NCBI GenBank assembly: GCA_002269645.1
Contig: NIVC01000716.1
Span: 145,426-209,425, forward strand
Source: Macrostomum lignano
Lineage: Eukaryota
Length of the DNA stretch: 64,000 nucleotides
Direction: 5' to 3'
In this document: positions 1 through 9,767 of the stretch, piece by piece
Position numbering within the stretch: position 1 is the first letter of the stretch
How the letters are laid out: each line of letters opens with the position of its first letter
Program-made: the position numbers and the translations under genes
The notes under the pieces: generated by a model
What the model was told of the DNA's origin: nothing
Databases searched by the model: none
Seen by the model: only the letters and a program-made list of their open reading frames with translations

Positions 1-815
1 TGGGTGAAGGGGCACAGGGTCAGTGGGTGAAGGGACATAGGGTCAGTGGGTGAAGGGACACAGGGTCAGTGGGTGAAGGGACACAGGGTCAGTGGGTGAA
101 GGGACTCAGGGTCAGTGGGTGAAGGGACACAGGGTCAGTGGGTGAAGGGACACAGGGTCAGTGGGTGAAGGGACACAGGGTCAGTGGGTGAAGGGACATA
201 GGGTCAGTGGGTGAAGGGACACAGGGTCAGTGGGTGAAGGGACACAGGGTCAGTGGGTGAAGGGACATAGGGTCAGTGGGTGAAGGGACACAGGGTCAGT
301 GGGTGAAGGGACACAGGGTCAGTGGGTGAAGGGACACAGGGTCAGTGGTTGAAGGGACACAGGGTCAGTGGGTGAAGGGACACAGGGTCAGTGGGTGAAG
401 GGACACAGGGTCAGTGGGTGAAGGGACACAGGGTCAGTGGGTGAAGGGACACAGGGTCAGTGGGTGAAGGGACACAGGGTCAGTGGGTGAAGGGACTCAG
501 GGTCAGTGGGTGAAGGGACACAGGGTCAGTGGTTGAAGGGACACAGGGTCAGTGGGTGAAGGGACACAGGGTCAGTGGGTGAAGGGACATAGGGTCAGTG
601 GGTGAAGGGACACAGGGTCAGTGGGTGAAGGGACACAGGGTCAGTGGGTGAAGGGACACAGGGTCAGTGGGTGAAGGGACACAGGGTCAGTGGGTGAAGG
701 GACACAGGGTCAGTGGGTGAAGGGACACAGGGTCAGTGGGTGAAGGGACACAGGGTCAGTGGTTGAAGGGACACAGGGTCAGTGGTTGAAGGGACACAGG
801 GTCAGTGGGTGAAGG
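1..815. repeat. 23-bp G-rich minisatellite (TGGGTGAAGGGACACAGGGTCAG)n, ~35 copies, truncated by window start
   Basis: Direct near-perfect tandem units; three GGG runs per unit. Confidence 0.97.
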
Positions 816-3110
816 CAGTAGCGGATCCGAATGAAAAAAGTAGGCTTCGAAAAATATTAATTTTAACTGAAGGTCTCATCCATAAGATTGGGCATGGTCC
901 TGGGCATGCGCGTACTTTTAATGCTTTGCCAGTTGCAAACTGTGTGTCGGCACAGGGCGATACAAGCGAGTCTTGACGCAAGTCAACAAAATTTAGTGGG
1001 AGCGCTGCAATTAGACTGCCGACTTTCGTAGGCTGGGTTTAAATCTCGTTCCACACAGGCATCATATAAGACCGAATGTTGCGTGATTACACAACTTGTA
1101 CATCAACATCATTTTTGTACATGTCCATCGAGCATGTGAATTGATGGCAGTTTAATTGAATCAGCATTTTAGGTCGGCAGTCAATTATTGTTGTAGACTC
1201 ATCTTAAGACGACGTCAAATTATATTATAGAGGTACTACTTTTATTTCGTTCGGCCCCAGTAGTATATCAAGTGTGTTGAATTACCTTGGAATCCAGGTT
1301 ACGCGTGTGCATGGTAGCGATTTACGAGTGAAGCTTTCCACGCATTGGTGAGTGTTGATTTTGAAAGTGTCAGTCATGCGGCCCCCGCCTGCAGACCCCG
1401 GCCATGCAGTTCCTCCTAGCGATTCAGGGCGCGCAGAGGCTGCGACACATTTTGGCAGCTCAATTCACACCCGCGGGCCACTTCCGAGTGGCCGCTTGAA
1501 CTGGACTTGATGGCTCAGTGGGGGTCTTGGCCGGCAGTTGGGAAGGGCGAGGGCAATTTTCCTGGGGAGACAGTTTTATTTCTCCCAAATGCTGGGCCAG
1601 GCGGATCTCCCCGGATGGGGGCGGACGTTAAAATACGGCTGCAGGGCCGGAGCTGCATGGTGGAGTGCGGCTGCTGCAATTTTGTTTTACTGGGCTCTTG
1701 CCGCCAGCGCCGGAAAGCCTGGGTTTGGAGCTGGTAGGGTCTGACGAGAGCTCGGAGTTACTGGCCTCCGAGCAGCGTCATTTCTACGATTCAGCCTCAC
1801 GTGGGTGTCCTGCCGATCTTCGGGCTCACAACAACAGCCAGGACGGGCTTCAGGGTGGCCGCGGGTCTGTCTTGTCAGTCCCTGGCTTGTACACATGCAG
1901 TGTACATCTACATTGCATATAAGGCAGGCGCGTCGCCATGGATGGTGGGGGACAAAGCCGCAGGCACTCATTTTAGCGCCGCAGGCACTCATTTTTGTGC
2001 CGCAGGCGCTATATTTTGTCGCCCTGAAGCAAAATTATTGATTTTTGCTTCAAAAAATTTTGAACGGGTCACAAGGTAGGGTGGGGGACAAAGCATTGGC
2101 ATGTACGCTAGTAAATGTACAAGCGTACATGTACGGTGAGGCAGACAGCTCTTCACTTCGCTTGCGCTACAACTTACGCGGCGCATGCATGTACATGGCG
2201 TGCGTGTAATAAAAATGTAATGCATGCAAATAAATTACATGGATTTTTGGGGTCAACATGTACACCGTATTACTATGGATGCATGATTGATACATGTACT
2301 TCAGGCCTTTTCGGCTCAATCTTTATTAAAGTGCAATTAGCACTTTACGTTATAGCATGGACGCATGAAACAAAAGTGGCTTTCAGAAAATTGCCAGTTC
2401 ATAGGTAATGGCTGCAGAGGGCTGAATTTATGCTGAATTAGGTTGAAGGCTGCGACACCAGAAAGTATTGCGCAATAACAGAAATGAATTGCGCAAACCG
2501 ATGAGGACCCAAGTGAAGATATTTTGGCTCCTCTGAAAAGCCACTGAAGTCTGCGAATGTAGAAATGTTGTTTTGATGTAAATTTGAAAAATAACCGGTG
2601 ATTGACTGACTGATTGATAGCTGTGCTGACTTTGAAAAGTACAGATTCCGGCCGCCATAACATCGCAGCAAGCTGAGATCCAGCGAATGTCCCAGCAGTG
2701 CAGACGCAGAAAGTCGCAGCGTCAATGCGGGCCCTGCAAATATCAACTTAGCGGGAAAATCTTCCCAAATGAGGGACTCTGCCGCCTGTTTACTTGGGTC
2801 AGCCCGCCGGCCGTATGCCAGAAGTCGCTGCCCTGATTCGATTCCCCTCTGCCGCCGGGGTGAGGATTTTTTCCTCTCGATGCTCCGCGACCCGGCTGAG
2901 ACAAAAAGCGGCGCGAATGTCACGCAAAGATGGCGGGGATTTTGCCTCCGGTGACTCGGAAACCGCATCCTTGATCCCCCGGTCAGAGCTCCCTCGGCTA
3001 AAGACTAATCCTTGTCAGGCCGAAATCTGCACGAGCCACTCCGAAACTGAGAATTCGGTTGCGTCTTTTTCTCGTTTCTCGTGCGTCAGCAGAGCCGATT
3101 CCCGCCTGGC

Positions 3111-3445
3111 TCGCCTGTCTGTCATTTGGTTTGCCTGTCTGTCATTTGGTTTGCCTGTCTGTCATTCGGTTTGCCTGTCTGTCATTCGGTTTGCCTGTCT
3201 GTCATTTGGTTTGCCTGTCTGTCATTCGGTTTGCCTGTCTGTCATTTGGTTTGCCTGTCTGTCATTTGGTTTGCCTGTCTGTCATTCGGTTCGCCTGTCT
3301 GTCATTTGGTTTGCCTGTCTGTCATTTGGTTCGCCTGTCTGTCATTTGGTTTGCCTGTCTGTCATTTGGTTCGCCTGTCTGTCATTTGATTCGCCTGTCC
3401 ATTTGGTTTGCCTGCCTGTCTGTTTGTGGGTCCGGCTGGTTTGCC
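3111..3445. repeat. 20-bp minisatellite (GTCATTTGGTTTGCCTGTCT)n inside putative intron 3081-3536
   Basis: Direct tandem units; AG-free and stop-free on the + strand. Confidence 0.93.
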
Positions 3446-3546
3446 TGCCTGCCTCAGTCTGTTTGTGGGTCGCGCTGGGCACTCTTTCCCAGCCAGCCCG
3501 CTCTCACCGAATCCGTTCTTTTCTGCTCCCCGCCAGGCCCCATTGG

Positions 3547-5901
3547 ATGGCCGCCCGCCCCCTTATTCTTGCAGCGAGCGGCCCGGCAGGCAGGCAAGGC
3601 GGGCACAGCCGGCGGCTCAGAGCTCAACGCGCACTGCGACTCCCTCCAGCCGGGGCTTCAATCGTTCTGCCATCCACCGAAGCGTCCAGCAGTCTTGAGC
3701 AGACGGCAGCGATGACCGCCAGCCAGCAGCTGTCAGCAGCGCTTTTCCAGCAGCAGCTGGAGCGGCCGCATCCTCAGCACCAGCCGCTGCAGACCTCAGC
3801 GACCAGCGCCGCGGCCACCCGCATGGCCCTGAAGGGCATCTTCCTGCACCTGAACCGCTTCGCTGAGCGCACCAGCATGCACGGCGTCACCCACCTGTTC
3901 AGGGCCGACACCTACGCCCGGCGAGTGTTCTGGGTGATTCTCACCTGCGTCACCACCGTGGCCTGCTGCTACCACGCCTACCTCACCCTGGACCAGTTCA
4001 GCCTCACTCCCGTCAGCACGCTGATCCTCAACCAGGGCGCGGACACCGTCTTTCCCGACGTGACCCTCTGCAACCTGCGCCCGATGCCGCAGCACCTGCT
4101 GCAGCTGGACAGCCCGCTGCGCCGCCGGCTGGAGGCCGACATCGGCTCGCTGCTGGAGACGCTGCGGCAAATCTACGGCAAGGACAGGCCGCTGTTCCAC
4201 ATGCACGACTATTTCCACTGGTACAACCTGCTGCAGCACTTCTGGGCCAGCGAGTCCACCGCCAGCATCGGGCACAACATCAGCCAGATGCTGGTGCTCT
4301 GCATGTACAAGAAGTCCTTCTGCCGGTCGACGGACTTCGCCCTGGTGCAGAATGCGCACTTCTGGAATTGCTGGACCTTTCTACCGCGCGACCGCAGCGT
4401 CCAGGGTACCGGGCCGGATGACGGCCTGTCGCTGATCCTGTACACCAGCACCGTGTCGCGCTCCGAGTCGCCGCACCGCGCACAGTCGGCCCGGGTTGCC
4501 TACCCGCCAGCGGCGCAGCGTGGCCCGCTGCAGCAGCTCGGCACCGTGTTCGGCAAGGCCGGCATGCAGGCCTCCGAGGGAGTCCGCGTGCTGCTGCACG
4601 AGCCGGGCACCTACCCCCACGTGCACTGGGGCGGGGTGGACATTGCCAACGGCTGGAGCTCCAACCTGCGGCTGCGGATGACCCGAAACGTCTACGTGAA
4701 CCGCAGCGGCCACCACTGCGTGCTGGACTACGGCAACGTCACCTACTGGACCTCCGAGCTCGACAGCCAGCGAAGATTCCAGCGCCGCGGGCTTGATTGC
4801 GTGGTGTCGCGCTGGCAGGAGCACCTGATGCAGCACTGCGGCTGCCAGTCCACCTACCTGCCCAGCCTAAACCGCAGCAGACTCTGCCACCACGAGCACA
4901 TCAACGATCTCAGCGAAGAAGCCACGGCTCGCAGGGCCCGCCAGTTGAAGTGCTTCAACGAGCTGGAGCCTCGCATCCGCAGGCAGCTGTACGATGGCTT
5001 TGTCACCGGCTGCAGCCGGGAGCAGGCCTGTGAGCAGGCGGCCTACTCGCACGCCTCCGTGTCCGTGCCCTGGCCGTCCCTGTCTGACCTGGAGGCCTTC
5101 TACCACACCTTCGTGATTCCCGCGTTCAGGAAGCGCGAGTTCGAGGGCCACCGGCTGCTGGACCAAGTGATGCAGCGTGGCGGCGGCCCCAACGGCAGCG
5201 GCTGGAGCGTCGGCCATGGCTTCGTCCGCGACAATTTCCTCCGGCTGAACGTGTACGCCGAGGAGTCCAAGAGCACGCTGATCAGGGAGTCGCCATCCTA
5301 CAGCTTTGTGGAGGTCCTGTCGGAGCTGGGCGGCATCGGCGGCCTGTGGATCGGCATGTCGCTGGTGACCTTCGTTGAGCTGTTCGAGTTCTTCGCCACC
5401 CTGTCGGTGAAGTGCAGCCAGGGCCTCAGCAACTACCTGCGCTTCCGCCAGTGCCAACGGGCCGAGCAGGGCGGCCACGCAAACGGCGCGGCCGTCTTCG
5501 GTGGCTCCGAGCTGCAGCCGCGGCGTCAGCGGGCGGAGCAGCATCAGCCCGCAGCCGCTGGCGACGGCTCTGACGGCGGCCGCAGCCGCAGCCCGGACCC
5601 GGAAGTGGCCAGCATAGACGAGAACTGCGAGCTGCTGCGAGTTCTTGGCGACATCCGGCCGACACCAACCGCTGGCTCCGCTGCCGACGCCGCCGACATC
5701 CAGCGGAGCAGCAGCATGGTGCTGCCGGGAAAAAGTCAACAGCAGCGCCGCCCGGAGGTCCCGCAGTCGGCATCTGACGAGGCCCCGGCGGTGATCTCCC
5801 TCAGACGGTCAAGCACCATGTACCGGACATTGCTCACCCAGCAGCAGCCCGCCGAGGCCCAGGGGCAGGCGGCAGCGGTGCAGCAGATCTCTGTGGTCTG
5901 A
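3547..5901 (+). CDS. DEG/ENaC family amiloride-sensitive Na+ channel subunit (FaNaC/pickpocket-like); main 2.4-kb exon. Possible upstream coding exon 2917-3080 (MSRKDGG...) spliced over intron 3081-3536; alternative starts 3712 and 3823
   Basis: Pre-TM1 HG motif (TSMHGVTHL), TM1 (RRVFWVILTCV), FPDVTLCN, Cys-rich thumb (HCGCQSTYLP...C...C), RDNFLRLNVY, TM2 with GxS filter (LSELGGIGGLWIGMSLVTFVELFE); strong acceptor ttcttttctgctccccgccag at 3536; high GC3 codons. Confidence 0.93.
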   Translation: MAARPLILAASGPAGRQGGHSRRLRAQRALRLPPAGASIVLPSTEASSSLEQTAAMTASQQLSAALFQQQLERPHPQHQPLQTSATSAAATRMALKGIFLHLNRFAERTSMHGVTHLFRADTYARRVFWVILTCVTTVACCYHAYLTLDQFSLTPVSTLILNQGADTVFPDVTLCNLRPMPQHLLQLDSPLRRRLEADIGSLLETLRQIYGKDRPLFHMHDYFHWYNLLQHFWASESTASIGHNISQMLVLCMYKKSFCRSTDFALVQNAHFWNCWTFLPRDRSVQGTGPDDGLSLILYTSTVSRSESPHRAQSARVAYPPAAQRGPLQQLGTVFGKAGMQASEGVRVLLHEPGTYPHVHWGGVDIANGWSSNLRLRMTRNVYVNRSGHHCVLDYGNVTYWTSELDSQRRFQRRGLDCVVSRWQEHLMQHCGCQSTYLPSLNRSRLCHHEHINDLSEEATARRARQLKCFNELEPRIRRQLYDGFVTGCSREQACEQAAYSHASVSVPWPSLSDLEAFYHTFVIPAFRKREFEGHRLLDQVMQRGGGPNGSGWSVGHGFVRDNFLRLNVYAEESKSTLIRESPSYSFVEVLSELGGIGGLWIGMSLVTFVELFEFFATLSVKCSQGLSNYLRFRQCQRAEQGGHANGAAVFGGSELQPRRQRAEQHQPAAAGDGSDGGRSRSPDPEVASIDENCELLRVLGDIRPTPTAGSAADAADIQRSSSMVLPGKSQQQRRPEVPQSASDEAPAVISLRRSSTMYRTLLTQQQPAEAQGQAAAVQQISVV

Positions 5902-6169
5902 CGGCCCGCCCCGTCAGCCCCCACCTGACCCCGGCCCGCCGCTCCCAAGCCCATTGCTGTTGTTGTCTCAAAAGACCGTTTTATTTTTCTTTGGAACGCG
6001 TCACGATGGCGATCTCGGCCCCGGGACACGCATCGATGCATTAAAATGTAGCCAAGTGCTCACCCATTCCATGAGTTACGTCTGCTGAGCTGGTCTTGCA
6101 GTTCTTTGGGAAATCCTGATGGCGATGAGCTTGACTTGATCTTTGAACTGGAGCCCCACCGATATGGAC

Positions 6170-6455
6170 CTGAAGCCACACAGAGCCTGACCTGAAGCCA
6201 CACAGACCCTGACCTGAAGCCACACAGAGCCTGACCTGAAGCCACACAGACCCTGATCTGAAGCCACACAGAGCCTGACCTGAAGCCACACAGACCCTGA
6301 TCTGAAGCCACACAGAGCCTGACCTGAAGCCACACAGAGCCTGACCTGAAGCCACACAGAGCCTGATCTGAAGCCACACAGAGCCTGACTTGAAGCCACA
6401 CCGAGCCTGACCTGAAGCCATACAGAGCCTGACCTGAAGCCACACAGACCCTGAC
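6170..6455 (-). repeat. 22-bp minisatellite, exactly 13 units; on the minus strand each unit reads GTCAGG(G/C)TCTGTGTGGCTTCAG (GT...AG)
   Basis: Counted 13 x 22 = 286 bp; both flanks read CAG|GTC on the minus strand. Confidence 0.93.
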
Positions 6456-6934
6456 CTGCGTGCAGAATTCAGCCGCAGAAAAGTCTCCAGTTGCAGGCCA
6501 GATTGGGTGAGAAAGCGCAGGGGCAGCAGGCTGAGGCAGAGAGGGTTTCGTGCCTCCTCGATCTTTCCGCGAATCCCGACTGCAGTTTGGAGCCGGCTGA
6601 TCTCCTGGGAGCAGCCCAGGGGAGGGGGAGCGGAGATCCCCGCCCGGTTAGGCCTGGAAGGCCGAAGGTGTCTTCCACTGACTGGGGAGATCTTCCCGGC
6701 TACGTGTGGAACATTGCAAGTGGAACTGCCGGGAAGCTGCGACTGGAAGCTGGGGAGACTCGGTTTGGGAAGAGAGGGGAGCCCCAGAGCCGAATTTCAG
6801 ATAAATCACTTTGAGCACTCGAGTGCATTTTAATCAGTTGTGCTTTGAATCGCGACTCCCCGGCTCTCTCCGGTTTATCCAGTCTACCGGCGCGAGTCCG
6901 GAGACCGGAGTCCGATGGAGAGAGACACTAAAAT

Positions 6935-7465
<531 letters not shown>

Positions 7466-8656
7466 GGAACAGCCAAATAACAGGCAGAAACTGAGGCAGA
7501 TTGAAAATTGGATTCAACTTTCGAGTCTGTTATTCATTAGCGGTCTCCCCACAGGATTCCTCCTGCAGGACACGGCGGGACTCTGCCGCCCGGCTGCGGG
7601 TGCGAATCAGCTGCAAAAACACCCGCCCAGCTTTCCAGATGACCGCAAATGTTGAACTGCGGCTGCTGCCGCCCGCACTGGCAACAGCAAGGCAGCGAAG
7701 TGGCAGATGAAGCCTTGCAGTGAACATTTTCATCCGAAGAATTTTCATGCTAAAAGGTTCGAATTAATAAAGTAGATTGGCATTGGGGATTCTCACTCCG
7801 GAGCCCCGCAACATGGATGGCTGTGTTGCTAATTTTAGATGACTGCTGCATGTCGGAATCTAAGAATCAGCCGCTTCGCTTCTCTCTTGATTGCGATTTT
7901 TGTTATTCATCCCCATCTGTCACTCTCCATCTGTCACTCTCCGTCTGTCACTCTCCATCTGTCACTCCCTATCTGTCACTTTCTTCACCTCTCTCTACAT
8001 CGCTCATTCTATTCATTGATCACTCTCCATCTCTCACTCTTTATCTCCCTCTCGCCATATCTCGCTCTCCATCTCTCACCCGTCTCTCTCATAAAGTCAG
8101 TCTCCCACGCAAGCACCGCCGCAGCTCTCTGACTCAATCGAATCCTCTGCATCCAGCCAGGGCGGTTGCCCGGTCGCGATTTGCACTCAGACGAAGCTGC
8201 GCGAGACCACAAATACAGTCTCAGCGCAAACTTGCATAATTAGAAAACTGCTCGCACAGGCCAGAGGCTGCTCGGGGCTCAGGGCGCGGTCTCTCATTTA
8301 GCCCGAATATTTAGGGAAGTTAGGGAAGGGACGGCATCCGTTATCCCGCCCGCCTTCGCAGCGAGCGGAACGGGGGGCGACCTCGGCATGGGGGGACAAC
8401 AACTCCGCCGAAGACACCGGCTGGCAGCGGCGGCGCCTCCAGCCCTCATAACTCTCATATTTCTCCCCAGCATCCCCGGGGCTGATGAAGCAGTCAGTTA
8501 ACCGGTCTCCCAAAGTCTCAGATGAACTCTCCGTGAAACATTCATTTACCACTATTCTTTTGCCGACAGAGGCGACTGGGACTTCAGCCTCCTGCGAACT
8601 TCTTGCTGCACTCAACTAATCGGCTGGGACTGCAGCGTTCCTTGCAAGTCTCTGAA

Positions 8657-9427
8657 GGAGAGAGGAAGGGAGAGGGTGGAGAGATGAAGGGACAAAGTGA
8701 AGAGAGGAAGGGAAAGGCTGAAGAAAGAGAGAGAGTAGAGAGAAAAGGAGAGAGAAGAGAAAGGAGACAGAGGAGAGAGAAAGGGAGGGAAAGGAGACAG
8801 GGAAAAGAGAAAAGGAGAGAGAAAAGGAGAGAGAAAGGGAGAGAGAAAAGGAGAGAGAAAAGGAGAGAGAAGAGGAGAGAAAAGGAGAGAGAAAAAAGGA
8901 GAGAGAAGAGGAGAGAAAAGGAGAGAGAAAAGGAGAGAGAAGAGGAGAGAGAAAAAGATAGAGAAAAGGAGAAAAAAGGAGAGAGAAGAGGAGAGAGAAA
9001 AGGAGAGAGAAGAGGAGAGAAAAGGAGAGAGAAAAGGAGAGAAAAGGAGAGAAAAGGAGAGAGAAAAGGAGAGAGAAAAGGAGAGAAAGGAAGAGAGAAA
9101 AGGAGAGAGAAGAGGAGAGAGAAAAGGAGAGAGAAGAGGAGAGAGAAAAGGAGAGAGAAGAGGAGAGAGAAAAGGAGAGAGAAAAGGAGAGAGAAAAGGA
9201 GAGAGAAAAGGAGAGAGAAAAGGAGAGAGAAAAGGAGAGAGAAAAGGAGAGAGAAAAGGAGAGAGAAAAGGAGAGAGAAAAGGAGAGAGAAAAGGAGAGA
9301 GAAAAGGAGAGAGAAAAGGAGAGAGAAAAGGAGAGAGAAAAGGAGAGAGAAAAGGAGAGAGAAAAGGAGAGAGAAAAGGAGAGAGAAAAGGAGAGAGAAA
9401 AGGAGAGAGAAAAGGAGAGAGAAGAGG
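8657..9427. repeat. Purine-only (GAGAGAAAAGGA)n 12-bp repeat / polypurine tract
   Basis: Direct; degenerate at 5' end, homogeneous from ~9170. Confidence 0.95.
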
Positions 9428-9767
9428 ATAGGACCACGCCGGTGAAGCTCAGCCCTGTGCCGTGGGAAGGTTGGCACCAAGCGCACTGAGAGGCGGCGGT
9501 GTCTGCTCACTCAGAGGAAATCAGAGGCAGAGCAAAGCAGGCGAGAGTGAAACGCGCAGGGAGAACCGGCGTCAGCATAAAATTGTGGAATATATATATT
9601 CGCTTAATTCCCAGAAAAATTGGTAGCAAGAGAAGTGCAGCGGGCAGTTGAGCGGAGCAGGAATTGAGTTGAATAAAAGTAGAAGCTGAGGGCCGGTCTG
9701 GATGAAGCTGAGTGCAGCTCTGAGCCCTGGGGGGGCAGTTCCGAATGCACTTTTCCCTGGCGCACAG

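Noticed and set aside
1925-2110. Second MITE related to 9923-10592 (CAGGCGCGTCGCCA...GGGGGACAAAGC)
   Set aside because: The 3' TIR is too degenerate and no TSD was found
2794-3546. N-terminal 250 aa of the 1035-aa ORF as part of the channel
   Set aside because: Most of it is translated 20-bp minisatellite that is open in all frames; splice signals mark it as intron or UTR
3796-5773. Antisense ORFs over the channel gene (likewise over gag-pol, DCUN1D3 and TMEM9)
   Set aside because: Expected shadows of GC3-rich coding sequence, with no independent motifs
7530-8615. Short ORFs or exon candidates at 7530-7748 (minus), 7555-7599 and 8469-8615 (plus)
   Set aside because: Splice-like signals are present but no consistent phase or homology could be established
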